Positions 47,070 through 56,540 of a DNA stretch of 56,540 nt are shown one piece after another. Below the pieces are notes generated by a model, which had not been told where the DNA came from, made no database searches, and saw only the letters and a list, made by a program, of their open reading frames with translations. Position 1 is the first letter of the stretch. Each line of letters begins with the position of its first letter. The translations under genes and the position numbers were made by a program. The stretch is from Candidatus Zixiibacteriota bacterium (GTDB lineage Bacteria; Zixibacteria; MSB-5A5; GN15; FEB-12), in the NCBI GenBank assembly GCA_041742355.1, contig JBGSIV010000215.1, positions 1-56,540 of the forward strand. The letters are read 5' to 3'.

Positions 47070-47849
47070 ATGGATCTGGGAATCAGGGGAAAACGCGCGC
47101 TGGTGACCGGGGCCTCATCGGGCCTCGGTCTGGCGTCGGCGACCGCACTGGCGGCGGAGGGAGTGCTGGTCACAATCAACAGTCGGAGCCGGGAGCGGCT
47201 GGTAGAGGCAGCGGCCAAGATCCGGAAGACGACCGGTGCGGATGCCGTGCTGGCGCCCGGTGATATTGCCAACGCCGATGAGGTGGCGAAGATCCTCGCG
47301 GCAGCCGGTGAGGTCGACATTCTCGTCTCGAACTGCGGCGGCCCCCCGCCGGGGCCATTCATGGCGCACTCCGAAGAAACCTGGCAGCAGGGGAACGACC
47401 TGGTGCTGCAGTCGGCGATCCGTCTCACCCGGGGTGTGATCGAAGGTATGAAGGCCCGTGGCTGGGGGCGGCTCATCTACATCACCTCCATCGCGGTGAA
47501 ACAACCGCTGGATGATCTGATTATCTCGAATACCTACCGCGCCGGATTGACCGGATTCGTCAAGACCATCTCGAACACGTACGCGCGATTCGGGATCACC
47601 GCCAACACGGTGTGCCCCGGGTATACCGCGACCGACCGTCTGTGGCAACTGGCCGAGAAGCGGGCGCAGGCGGGCGGTATCACACCGGAAGAAGCCATGG
47701 CGCAGATGGGCTCCGGGACGCCGGCGGGACGCGTGGGCAAGCCGGAAGAACTGGCGGCCCTCGTGGCCTTCCTGGCCGGCCAACCCGCAGCCTACATTTC
47801 CGGGTCATCGATCACGGTCGACGGCGGGTCGTACAAAGGGTTGCTCTGA
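47070..47849 (+). CDS. SDR family oxidoreductase
   Basis: TGASSGLG, NCGGPPPG, SNTYR (atypical catalytic motif), CPGYTAT. Confidence 0.92.
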   Translation: MDLGIRGKRALVTGASSGLGLASATALAAEGVLVTINSRSRERLVEAAAKIRKTTGADAVLAPGDIANADEVAKILAAAGEVDILVSNCGGPPPGPFMAHSEETWQQGNDLVLQSAIRLTRGVIEGMKARGWGRLIYITSIAVKQPLDDLIISNTYRAGLTGFVKTISNTYARFGITANTVCPGYTATDRLWQLAEKRAQAGGITPEEAMAQMGSGTPAGRVGKPEELAALVAFLAGQPAAYISGSSITVDGGSYKGLL

Positions 47850-48773
47850 TTGAAGCCTGAGGCTCAATCGCCACCGGTCGGGCCATCCGGAACGGCCGCG
47901 ACCGACCGCACTGACGGATTCGTCATGTTCGTCCTGATCGGCCAGCAGCTGCTCGGATCGCTGACGTTTCCCATCGCCAAGTACGGACTGGCGGAGGTCG
48001 AGCCGTTCACCTTCGCCTTCTTCCGCTTCGTGCTGTCGGCGCTTGTGCTGGTGGCGATTGTGCGGTTCCGGACGTGGCGCATCCCCATTGAGAAACCCGA
48101 CCGCTGGAAAATCGCCGGGCTGGGATGCCTGGTCGTGCTCGGCAACCAGGTGACCTACCTCTGGGGACAGAGCATGACCGCGGCCGGGCACGGGGCGCTT
48201 CTTTTTGCCGCCACCCCAATCTTCATCTTCCTCATGGCCCTCGTGCACCTCGGCGAAAAATTCAAATGGCGCCGGGCGATCGGCGTGGTGATCGGCATCG
48301 CGGGAGTGGCGATCGTGATGGGCGCGGGAGCGATTAAGATCGGGACAGAGTACCTCATCGGCGACGCCATCATCCTCTTCGCCGTGCTGGTGTGGGCCTA
48401 CTACACGGTGTGGGGGAAGCCGCTCGCGCGAAAGTACGGGGCCATGCGGGTCACGGCGTACTCGCTGGCATCGGGAACCCTGCTCTATTTCCCGTTCGGA
48501 TTGGTGCGGGCCATCCAGTTCGATTACGACGGCGTGAGCACCGGCGCCTGGCTGTCGGTCGCCTACGTGGCCATCGGGACATCGGTGTTCGGCTACATGC
48601 TCTGGTACTGGGTGCTGAAGTACTTCGAGGCCTCGCGCGTGGCTGTGTTCCAGAACGTGCAGCCGATCTTCGCGTCGATGGTGGCGTATGTCTTTCTCAA
48701 CGAGCCGTTGGGCTGGTCGTTCGTGATCGGCGGGGCGGTGGTGCTCGTGGGAGTGATCACCACCGAAGTGTGA
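47850..48773 (+). CDS. DMT/EamA family transporter
   Basis: About ten TM segments in two repeats; FFRF, HLGEK, LNEPL; start uncertain. Confidence 0.88.
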   Translation: MKPEAQSPPVGPSGTAATDRTDGFVMFVLIGQQLLGSLTFPIAKYGLAEVEPFTFAFFRFVLSALVLVAIVRFRTWRIPIEKPDRWKIAGLGCLVVLGNQVTYLWGQSMTAAGHGALLFAATPIFIFLMALVHLGEKFKWRRAIGVVIGIAGVAIVMGAGAIKIGTEYLIGDAIILFAVLVWAYYTVWGKPLARKYGAMRVTAYSLASGTLLYFPFGLVRAIQFDYDGVSTGAWLSVAYVAIGTSVFGYMLWYWVLKYFEASRVAVFQNVQPIFASMVAYVFLNEPLGWSFVIGGAVVLVGVITTEV

Positions 48774-48805
48774 GGGGGCCTCAACGCGGTCGGATTCGTC
48801 TCCGC

Positions 48806-50296
48806 TTACAGCTCATCCCGGGCGAGTGCCTCGCGGAAGCGTTCCTCCGCACCCGGAAGGCGCCGGGCAATGACGTAGTTGTACCCGGATGCCGCCGACG
48901 GCACGCTGTCGGGCGTGCACACCTCCACCACCTCATAGAGCTGCGGAAACGCCTTGCGGTAGGCGATGCTCTTTTCCCGCCAGAATCGGAGCGCCACGGA
49001 CCTGTCGGCTTCGAGCTGGCCGACGAACACGAAATAGTCGGGCAGGCGTGAAAGCTCGCGGAGTCCGTTAAAGCCGTGGTGGCCGATATCCTCGTTGGCG
49101 AGCCCGTAAATGTCATGATAGCGGTGTTGCGTGTAGTACGGGATTCGTCCGAGGTCGGAAATTGATATGGTGGCGGGGGAGGGGACTCTCGCAAGCCACT
49201 CGATGGCGTTCATCTGTGCGGAGACCACCGCATTGTTTTCGGGAATGAGGCGAATCAGGGCTGGAGCGGGGATCATCAGCGACGCAAGCATGATTACAAC
49301 GGCCGCGGGCCGCACATACCTCCCGGGGAGTTCACCGATCACATAGAGAGCCGCGGCGAGCATGAGCGGGAGGACCGGGATCATGTACCGGAAGAAGTGA
49401 TTCATGATAGGATCTACCGAAGCCGTAATGGCGGCCTGGGCGGCCACCAGCGCGACCGCCGGAGCGATATCGGGGACAGCAAACCGGCGGCGGACGACAG
49501 CCGCGAAAGCGAACAGAAGCCCGAGCGTAATGGGAGCGAAGCGAAGGAGCATCCCGGCCAGTTCGATATACCCGGCGGCAGCCGGAGCCTGGGCCTTGAC
49601 ATAGTAGGTGTTCGGGAGGGGGTAACCAAAAACCGCGAGCCGAAATCCAATGAGGGCCGCGCTGCCGAGGACAACGACCGCCAGGGCCGTGGCATGATAG
49701 GAGAGTTCGGCGCGCCCGGGTTGCCGGCGCGTGAGCCATCCGACCGCGACAAGCAGGGCGGCTATTACCGGTCCCTCCGGGCGGCTCAGGATGATGAGGG
49801 CGAGGACGGGATGGATCCACAAGCTCCGGCTGCGGTAGGCAACGAAAGCGGCGGCGATGAGAAACGAGTGGAGTCCGAGTTCAAGGCCGCTGAGACCCCA
49901 AAAAGCAGTGATGGGGGCGAGCAGGAAGAGGGGGCCGGCCAGCCAGGTGAGGTCGCTGCGATTGGCGGAGAAGTACCGATACCACATGAACCCGGCGGCG
50001 AGCATTCCCGCCAGGCCGATGCACTTGGCGGACAGGTAGGTCGGAAGGCCGATGAGGTGGAGGCCGGCCAGCAGGAGGATCCACAGGAAATTGGAATACC
50101 CCTCAACCGGTTTGTCCCCGATGTTGAAGGTCAGACCGTGGCCGTGGGCCAGATGCTCCGCATAGCGGAACGAAATGAATGCGTCGTCCATGGAGTAGCT
50201 CCAGAGGAGCACGGTCCAGGCGACGAAGCCCGCGAGGGCCAGAAGCGCGATGAGGTTGCGGCCAGAGTCGTTTGGCGGTAGTCCGGTGAGGAGCAA
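48806..50296 (-). CDS. Polytopic membrane protein, probable GT-C glycosyltransferase (AftB-like)
   Basis: MDDAFISFRYAEHL, VEGYSNFLW, SGLE, SRPEG, PLPNTYYVK, RYMIP. Confidence 0.72.
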   Translation of the reverse strand: MLLTGLPPNDSGRNLIALLALAGFVAWTVLLWSYSMDDAFISFRYAEHLAHGHGLTFNIGDKPVEGYSNFLWILLLAGLHLIGLPTYLSAKCIGLAGMLAAGFMWYRYFSANRSDLTWLAGPLFLLAPITAFWGLSGLELGLHSFLIAAAFVAYRSRSLWIHPVLALIILSRPEGPVIAALLVAVGWLTRRQPGRAELSYHATALAVVVLGSAALIGFRLAVFGYPLPNTYYVKAQAPAAAGYIELAGMLLRFAPITLGLLFAFAAVVRRRFAVPDIAPAVALVAAQAAITASVDPIMNHFFRYMIPVLPLMLAAALYVIGELPGRYVRPAAVVIMLASLMIPAPALIRLIPENNAVVSAQMNAIEWLARVPSPATISISDLGRIPYYTQHRYHDIYGLANEDIGHHGFNGLRELSRLPDYFVFVGQLEADRSVALRFWREKSIAYRKAFPQLYEVVEVCTPDSVPSAASGYNYVIARRLPGAEERFREALARDEL

Positions 50297-50332
50297 CGGC
50301 GGTGGCCTCCTGTTAGATTTTACGAGCCGATA

Positions 50333-50839
50333 TCAGCGACCTTCCCAGCTCATGAAGCTCTTGTAATCCTGCGATGCGGCGAACGAGTTCGGATCGGACA
50401 GGAACTGAATCATGTTATCGATGAGGTAGATGTGCGCCTTCTCCTCCTCGGCGATACGATTGAGCATGTCTTTCTTGGTCGGATCGGCTTCGGCGGCGGC
50501 GGCGTCGCGGTACATCTTCTCCGATTTGATCTCCACTTCGCGGGCGTCCTTCCAGAGGTCTCTCTTCGTGTCGCCGGCCAGCGTCTGCTTGCCGGATTCG
50601 ACCATCTGCCGGAAGATGCTCTTGAAAGCGGCGACCGTCGCTCCCGCCGGGGCGAGGTCGGCCGGGGAGGTGGAGTCGCCGTCACGGAGCTTCTTGAAAA
50701 CCTGGTAGTGGCGGTGTTCCTCTTCGGCGAGAGTCTCGAAGATCTGCTTGATCTGGGGATTGGTCGTGCCGGCCGCGCCGTTCTTGTAGAAAGCCCGGCC
50801 GTCGAGTTCCATCTGCATGGCGAAATCGAGTATACCCAT
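50333..50839 (-). CDS. Rubrerythrin-like ferritin family protein
   Basis: AMQMELDG..FY, EEHRH, EEKAH. Confidence 0.85.
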   Translation of the reverse strand: MGILDFAMQMELDGRAFYKNGAAGTTNPQIKQIFETLAEEEHRHYQVFKKLRDGDSTSPADLAPAGATVAAFKSIFRQMVESGKQTLAGDTKRDLWKDAREVEIKSEKMYRDAAAAEADPTKKDMLNRIAEEEKAHIYLIDNMIQFLSDPNSFAASQDYKSFMSWEGR

Positions 50840-50927
50840 GGTGTCACCTGTTTCTGTATTGTCGGGATCAGGCCCTGTGCGCCGTCGACGCAGGGGGCCG
50901 GCTGCCGGCCCCCTGGTACAAGATCGC

Positions 50928-52064
50928 TTATTCCAGGCTTCCGCGCAAGTTCTCTGCGGAAAAGGCGCGTTCCATTTTCTCGTCGGTAAACTTGCCGTCC
51001 TTGCGGATCAGCTTGCCGTCGAACCAGATCTCCCCGCCGCCGTAGTCGGGGCGCTGGATGCAGACGAGATCCCAGTGAATGGACGACTGGTTGCCGTTGT
51101 AGGCCTCGTCGTAACACTGCCCCGGCGTGAAGTGGAAGGAGCCGGCGATTTTCTCGTCGAACAGCGTGTCCTTCATCGGGTACAGGATAAAGGGATTGAC
51201 GCCGATCGCGAACTCGCCGATATAGCGCGCCCCCTCGTCGGTGTCGAGAATTTTATTGAGCTTGACCTGGTCTCCCTCGCAGCAGGCTTTGACAATCTTG
51301 CCGTTCTTGAATTCGAAGGAGATATTGTTGTAGATTGCCCCCTGGTAAAGCGACGGGGTGTTGTAGGTCAGGGTGCCGTTGACGGAGTCGCGCACGGGAG
51401 CGGTGTAAACTTCGCCGTCGGGGATATTGCGCAGGCCGTCGCACTTGATCGGCGAGATCCCCTTGATCGAGAACTGCAGATCGGTGCCGGGGCCCTTGAT
51501 GTGGACCTTGTCCGTGGCGGCCATCAACTTGAAGAGGTCGTCCTGGGCGCGGCTCATCTTCGCGTAGTCGGCGCAGCAGACCTCGTAGTAGAAGTCCTCG
51601 AACTTCTCCTGCGAAGTCTGGGCCAGCTGGGCCATGGCGTTGTTGGGGTAGCGCAGCACGACCCAGCGGGTGCGCTTGACGCGCTCTTCCAAATGGACCG
51701 GCTTGTAAAACAGCGTGTTGTGCTTGTCGATCTGTTCGGTCGGGATATCAGCAAGGTCGAACGGGTTGTCCGAGCCGCGCAGCCCGATATAGGCGTCGGC
51801 CTCTTTCATCAATTGGAGATGGAGGTCGGCCTGCCGCTTGAACTGGTCGTCGGCGGCGCCGCGCACAAACTGCCGGATAAGGGATTCATCGTTGTAGTAC
51901 CAGAAGGTCGTCGCACCCCTCTCGGTGGCGAGGCGGATGATCTGTTTGCCCAGTTCGAGCGTTTCCTTCCCCTTGACTTCCAAATACAGCACTTCGCCCT
52001 TCTGGATCCGGACCGAGTAGTCCAGCAGCTGGCGGGCGAGCAGCTCGTTTCTCTTGTCTTTCAT
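50928..52064 (-). CDS. M29 (AmpS-like) aminopeptidase
   Basis: NIPDGEVYTAP, GEFAIG, LFDEKIAGSFHFTPG, IHWDLV; true start near 52064. Confidence 0.92.
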   Translation of the reverse strand: MKDKRNELLARQLLDYSVRIQKGEVLYLEVKGKETLELGKQIIRLATERGATTFWYYNDESLIRQFVRGAADDQFKRQADLHLQLMKEADAYIGLRGSDNPFDLADIPTEQIDKHNTLFYKPVHLEERVKRTRWVVLRYPNNAMAQLAQTSQEKFEDFYYEVCCADYAKMSRAQDDLFKLMAATDKVHIKGPGTDLQFSIKGISPIKCDGLRNIPDGEVYTAPVRDSVNGTLTYNTPSLYQGAIYNNISFEFKNGKIVKACCEGDQVKLNKILDTDEGARYIGEFAIGVNPFILYPMKDTLFDEKIAGSFHFTPGQCYDEAYNGNQSSIHWDLVCIQRPDYGGGEIWFDGKLIRKDGKFTDEKMERAFSAENLRGSLE

Positions 52065-52184
52065 GAGCATTCCTTTCCATAGACACTGCGGTAGTGAACG
52101 GTGGGAAGATAGGGAATTTCCGGATCGGGTGCAACCGGCGGTTGTGGAGTTGAACAATTCAGTAGCGGGTTGGTTATAGAGGGC

Positions 52185-52955
52185 ATGGAAGCAAAGTCGC
52201 GCGTTCTGATCGGAACCTCGGGGTTCAGCTACAAGGACTGGCTGGGGAATTTCTATCCGCAATTCGTGCCGCAGGCGGACTTTCTGAAATTCTACTCCTC
52301 GAAATTCACCACCGTCGAGATCGACATGACATTCTACCGGATTCCGACTGAGGAAATGGTCGTCCGGTGGGCGCGGACAGTCCCCGACAATTTCGTCTTT
52401 GCGGCCAAATTCCCCCAGACCGTGACCCACGAGGGGACCACGGCCAGCCGGCTGGAGGACGCGCGGACATTCACCACCGTGATGCGGCATCTCGGCGCGA
52501 AACTGGGGCCGCTGCTGCTGCAATTCCCGTACTCCTTCAAGCCGGAGCAGGAGGATCTGCTGATGCGGCTGATAGGGGCGATGCCGCCGGATATGCGCAT
52601 TTCGGTGGAACTGCGCAACAAGGCCTGGCTGGACCGGGAGCATATATTTAACTGTATGCGGGATAAGAATATAGCCCTGTGCCTGACCGAGCACCCCTGG
52701 ATGCCGCGCCTGAAGCTGCAGACAGCCGATTTCGTCTACGTCCGCTTCCTCGGCGACCACCGGAAAATTGAAGAGAATTTCAGCTATGTCCGGGAGCCCA
52801 AGGAAGAGGAACTCAAGTGGTGGCGGGACCTGATTGCCGAAGTGGCGGCGTCGGGAAAAGACCTCTACGCCTATTTCAACAACCACTTCTCCGGGCACGC
52901 CCCCAGCACAGCCTTTCGCCTCCTGGAAATGCTCGAGGAGAAGCGCCAGGGATAA
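52185..52955 (+). CDS. DUF72 domain protein
   Basis: IGTSGFSY.DW...FYP, TVEID.TFY, LLQFPYSF, YFNNHFSG. Confidence 0.92.
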   Translation: MEAKSRVLIGTSGFSYKDWLGNFYPQFVPQADFLKFYSSKFTTVEIDMTFYRIPTEEMVVRWARTVPDNFVFAAKFPQTVTHEGTTASRLEDARTFTTVMRHLGAKLGPLLLQFPYSFKPEQEDLLMRLIGAMPPDMRISVELRNKAWLDREHIFNCMRDKNIALCLTEHPWMPRLKLQTADFVYVRFLGDHRKIEENFSYVREPKEEELKWWRDLIAEVAASGKDLYAYFNNHFSGHAPSTAFRLLEMLEEKRQG

Positions 52956-53025
52956 GAGGTTCGGGGGGGGACCCTCAGCCGGGGTTTGTGCAGTCCCGGG
53001 TCCATTTTCAGCCTAATCTGCCGGT

Positions 53026-53052
53026 TAAGCCCTCAAGTCAGCATACCGATAC
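53026..53052 (+). promoter_or_regulatory. Sigma28-like promoter candidate for cheW
   Basis: TAAG-N15-ACCGATAC versus the TAAA-N15-GCCGATAA consensus. Confidence 0.45.
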
Positions 53053-53190
53053 TCTCCCTAAGGGTGGCGTCTTCCCGAAAATGGGGTGGTGCGGCCGCCC
53101 GGAAAAGGGGACAGAGCGATCCCGGAGCCGAATTCGTTTCGGCATCAGAGGACCAAAATGTGATTCACTTATAAGGACGGAGAGACAAGG

Positions 53191-53682
53191 ATGCAGACAT
53201 CGAAAGAGAAGACGGAGGGCAAGTTCGCCGGTACGCAGGATGAACTGCTGCAACTGGTCTCGTTTCGAATCGGGTCCGAGGAATTTGGCGTGGACATCCT
53301 CAAGGTACAGGAGATCAACCGGATGGTTGAGATCACCCGGGTACCGCAGGCGCCCCATTACGTCGAAGGCGTGATCAACCTGCGCGGGAAGGTCATCCCG
53401 ATTGTGGACCTGCGCAAGCGGTTCAACCTCGACGTCAAGGAATACGACAAGAGCACCCGGATCGTGGTCGTCGATATCGGCGGCAACATCATGGGCATGG
53501 TCGTGGATTCGGTCTCGGAAGTGCTCCGCCTGCCGATCAGCACAATCGAGCCGCCCCCCGAACTTGCGGCCGGAGTCAACTCGGACTACATCAAGGGCGT
53601 GGCCAAGCTGGAAGACCGGCTGCTGATCTTCCTCGACCTGTCTAAGGTGATCGAATTCGAGGACGTTGCGGCGCTGGCCTGA
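53191..53682 (+). CDS. cheW: Chemotaxis coupling protein CheW
   Basis: QLVSFRIGSEEFGVDILKVQEI, GVINLRGKVIPIVDLR, GMVVDSV. Confidence 0.95.
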   Translation: MQTSKEKTEGKFAGTQDELLQLVSFRIGSEEFGVDILKVQEINRMVEITRVPQAPHYVEGVINLRGKVIPIVDLRKRFNLDVKEYDKSTRIVVVDIGGNIMGMVVDSVSEVLRLPISTIEPPPELAAGVNSDYIKGVAKLEDRLLIFLDLSKVIEFEDVAALA

Positions 53683-53702
53683 GCGGGATGCCCGATTGAA
53701 TT

Positions 53703-55067
53703 CTACCGGGGCCGGTCGATGACCGGCCCCTTTTCTTTTGCCGGTGCCGGAGCGTTTGGCCACAGCAGCGAACCGAACACTCGAACCGCGAGCCAGAGCA
53801 CGGGAAGGTAGATCAGCAGAGTCAACCACCAAGGGTAGTCGGGCGTCTGTCCGGCTTCGGCGGCCAGCAGCGGGTACCAGGTGAGCAGGATTGTGGCGGA
53901 AAAGGCAAGAAACGGAATATTGCGGCGGAGGACGATGAACGGCAGCAGCCAGACCAGGTGTTCGGGGTAGAGGGTCGGCGAGAGGAGGAGCGCGACAGCC
54001 ACCACGAAGAACATCCGCCGGCTGGCCTGCGGGACACGATTGCGCAGGGGAAGGGCAGCGGCCGCGACAGTGAGGGCAAGCAGAAGGCCGGTCGCGATCA
54101 GGGCGTAGCCTGGATCCCGCAGCAGGGCGGCCAGGGCGGAGTAGATCAGGCCGTTGGTCGGAAGCGAATCCGTCGGCGTGAACGCGGCGGTGAAGGCGTC
54201 AAGGCCGGCCCCGGGAACGAACGGGAGGTGGAGGAGGATATACACGGCGATGAAGCCCACCAGAAAGCGGAACCGCTCGCGACCCTCGAAATGAAACAGC
54301 ATGATCGGAGCGACTATCAGGGGGAACGGCGTGACCAGGGCGGCGAGCGCGAGCAGAATGCCGGACCGCGCGGCCATTCCGCGGCGAAGAGAGACCAGGC
54401 CGAAGATGAAAAACGGGGCGGCGAGTATGTCCAGGTGACTGCACAGCAGAAACGGCAGAATGACCGCCGGCGCGAAAGCGTAAATGAGCACCGACCAACT
54501 CTGGAAAGGGCGCTTCTGAATCTCCGGAGCGACCAGGACGATGATGGCGAGCAGCGTCAGCAATTCAAAGGTGAACGAGAGCATGCGGAAGCCATGAACG
54601 GAATCATGGTGGAGCACATACGCCGTGGCAAAGAGATACTGAGCCAGCGGCGGATGCGTAGCCGGAAGATGGGGGGCGGCAATTCCACCCCGACTCTGGC
54701 TTTCGCCCACCTCGGGGGTGCCGATGTCCGCAGGGGTCACCGTGTACGGGTTGTAGCCGTCGAAAACCATCTTCCCCTCCCACACGTAGCGGTGTGCCTC
54801 CGGGGACAGGGTCGAGGAATCCTCGGAGCCGACCAGAACGACCAGCCGGATGACCAAAGCAATCGCGCCGAGCCAGAAGAGAAGAGGCAGATCGCGGCCG
54901 AAGAGGGAGAAGGGCCGGACCGTACGCAGAATAGCGAACTGAATTGCCGTCAGGAGGATGGCCAGACCCACCAGCGTGCCGGCGCTATCCGGGCCAATCG
55001 GCAGGAAAAGAATCACGCCGTACAATGCCAGCGATAAGAGGGCAAGGAAAATGACGGCGTACTTCAT
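53703..55067 (-). CDS. GT87-like (GT-C) membrane glycosyltransferase
   Basis: LS..AHRYVWEG....GYNPY...P, T.PPLAQ, SHLD, many TM segments; some usual acidic/Lys residues look substituted. Confidence 0.7.
   Translation of the reverse strand: MKYAVIFLALLSLALYGVILFLPIGPDSAGTLVGLAILLTAIQFAILRTVRPFSLFGRDLPLLFWLGAIALVIRLVVLVGSEDSSTLSPEAHRYVWEGKMVFDGYNPYTVTPADIGTPEVGESQSRGGIAAPHLPATHPPLAQYLFATAYVLHHDSVHGFRMLSFTFELLTLLAIIVLVAPEIQKRPFQSWSVLIYAFAPAVILPFLLCSHLDILAAPFFIFGLVSLRRGMAARSGILLALAALVTPFPLIVAPIMLFHFEGRERFRFLVGFIAVYILLHLPFVPGAGLDAFTAAFTPTDSLPTNGLIYSALAALLRDPGYALIATGLLLALTVAAAALPLRNRVPQASRRMFFVVAVALLLSPTLYPEHLVWLLPFIVLRRNIPFLAFSATILLTWYPLLAAEAGQTPDYPWWLTLLIYLPVLWLAVRVFGSLLWPNAPAPAKEKGPVIDRPR
53708..53739 (+). 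terminator. cheW terminator overlapping the 3' end of the convergent gene
   Basis: GGGGCCGGTC-GAT-GACCGGCCCC-TTTTCTTTT. Confidence 0.75.
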
Positions 55068-55347
55068 CGGCGGGCGTTCTTCCGGTGGATCGGCCGCAGC
55101 GGCCGGCAGGTTCGATTCATATGGAAAGTCTCATTGTGAAATCGCCGGCCGCGACCGTCCCTGGTCGCACCCGCAATTGAAATCGGATCAATGTCGTCCA
55201 TTTCAGGGTTGGGCCGGTTTGCCTGAGTAACAGGCGAAAAAGGGCGGCGGTTCCGCGGCCGGGAAGAGCTTTTCCGACCCACCGCCGCGCAGACGGCCCG
55301 TTCGGCTCGTATAACGTGCATGCAGGCACCCGGCCCCGAGAGGCCGA

Positions 55348-55376
55348 TTGACATGCGGGGGGAGGCGATGTATGTT
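55348..55376 (+). promoter_or_regulatory. Sigma70 promoter candidate
   Basis: TTGACA-N17-TATGTT. Confidence 0.6.
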
Positions 55377-55457
55377 AGGATTCATTATGATAAAGAACCC
55401 CCATTCAGGTGAATCGATCGATCGGGCGGTCTTGTCGGTCCGGGGAGGTCGGCCGCG

Positions 55458-56540
55458 GTGACCGTACAGCGCTCGGTGATTCCGGCCCGGATCACCTTCC
55501 TCTACACGAACATAGGCCGGGGACATCCATTCTACCTCGACGGTATTATGGAAGCGCTGATTCGGTCTCAGGCGGTGAGCCTCGTGCGCCGGGAACTGGA
55601 TGTTCTCGACTTGTCACACGGACTATCCCGGGCGGGTTGGCGGGCCGTTCGGTGGCTCTACCGGCGGGGTTCTTCGGGAGGTCTGACCGGGCTGCTGTAC
55701 CGGCACCTGCGTTCGCGCACCGATTACAACCGGGACTCGCTGACGCTGCGCCTGATGGGCCGGGACATACGGGCCGCTTTCGCCGGAGACTCCGACCCGC
55801 TGATTGTCGCCCATCCGACGATGGTCGGCATCCTCCGGGGCAAACCGGAACTGATCTACCAGCACGGTGAATTGGTGACTCCGGAAGAGGCGGTGGTGCG
55901 GGGGGCGTCGACCGTGCTGGTGCCGACTCCGGAGGCGGCCGAGCCGTTCCGCCTCAACGGGGAGTACCGCCCGGAACAGGTGGTGGTGACAGGGCTGTGT
56001 ATCGAGCCGGCGCTCATCCGCCAGGCAGCCGATGCCTACGCAGCGCGCATGGCCCGGTACCGGTCAACCGGAGAGCCGATGATCGGCGCGTTCTTCTCCT
56101 CGGGCGCCGAACCCTCGGCCCACATCACCCGGCTGATTGCGGCTGCGCATTCAGTGGTGCTGGCCGGAGGACGGGTGATCCTGTTCGCGCAGAACCACCA
56201 TGACCTGGCCAGGCGGGCGGCCAAAGCGCTCACCGACCGGCGAATCAGTTTCGGGTCGATTGACTCCTCCGATGTCGTCCCCTCGGAACTGCCGGCCGTC
56301 CTCATTGTCCGCCACAACAACCGCCGCGAGGAGAACCTTCTGACTTCCCGGTTGTTCTCGGTTTTTGATTTCTTTGTCGCCCCTCCGCACGAGCGAAGCA
56401 ACTGGGCCCTCGGGCTGGGTCTGCCGATGTTCCTGATCGGCCCGGATATCGGCCCCTTCGCACCGTTGAACCGTCGCGTGCTCCTGAACTCGGGGGCCGC
56501 GCTGGCGATCGAGGCGCCGATGGACGCCCACCTGCTCGGC
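55458..56540 (+). CDS. Probable GT-B fold glycosyltransferase-like protein, truncated by the window end (absent from the ORF track)
   Basis: GGGGAGG then GTG 55458; open for 361 codons with no stop; FLYTNIGRGHPFY, IVAHP, VVVTGLCIEP, ALGLGLPMF resemble MGDG-synthase/UgtP-like motifs. Confidence 0.7.
   Translation, partial: MTVQRSVIPARITFLYTNIGRGHPFYLDGIMEALIRSQAVSLVRRELDVLDLSHGLSRAGWRAVRWLYRRGSSGGLTGLLYRHLRSRTDYNRDSLTLRLMGRDIRAAFAGDSDPLIVAHPTMVGILRGKPELIYQHGELVTPEEAVVRGASTVLVPTPEAAEPFRLNGEYRPEQVVVTGLCIEPALIRQAADAYAARMARYRSTGEPMIGAFFSSGAEPSAHITRLIAAAHSVVLAGGRVILFAQNHHDLARRAAKALTDRRISFGSIDSSDVVPSELPAVLIVRHNNRREENLLTSRLFSVFDFFVAPPHERSNWALGLGLPMFLIGPDIGPFAPLNRRVLLNSGAALAIEAPMDAHLLG

Noticed and set aside
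52065..52898. N-terminal extension of the aminopeptidase ORF
   Set aside because: It is the antisense shadow of the DUF72 gene; peptidase-like sequence starts near 52064.
53055..53190. c-di-GMP riboswitch before cheW
   Set aside because: I could not find the conserved class I GCAAA/GNRA architecture by eye; an Rfam scan would settle it.

Overview
GC-rich bacterial chromosomal segment, mostly housekeeping genes. Gene content (TPR Ser/Thr kinase, FlgD-like lipoproteins, rpsU-yqeY-cvpA-mutS2-dnaG-recN) suggests an FCB-group organism such as Zixibacteria; that is an inference only. Core genes: mscL, recN, dnaG, mutS2, rpsU, yebC, ruvCAB, queA, ispD, ispF, ddl, cysS, tRNA-Thr(TGT), an ABC exporter, peptidases and an orphan cheW. 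Main observations: (1) a sensor kinase plus sigma54 activator pair is followed by a complete-looking sigma54 promoter (palindromic enhancer, IHF-like site, -24/-12) that would drive an ORF-less, structured RNA of about 115 nt with its own terminator at 4435-4550. This resembles CbrAB-CrcZ and PxrKR-Pxr and converges on a Ser/Thr kinase gene. (2) The apparent 1227-aa kinase-activator fusion depends on one missing base in a C run at 6177-6181. (3) An AT-richer FGE-domain gene lies between two copies of the yebC 3' end plus terminator, like an integrase-less island at an unusual attachment site. (4) Clusters of REP-like palindromes sit at synteny breakpoints, several starting at a GTAG that also supplies the upstream gene's stop codon. 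(5) Two paralogous lipoproteins carry an internal FlgD/T9SS-CTD-like domain. No CRISPR array, rRNA, transposase, integrase or reverse transcriptase was seen. All calls come from motif recognition by eye; no database searches were run.
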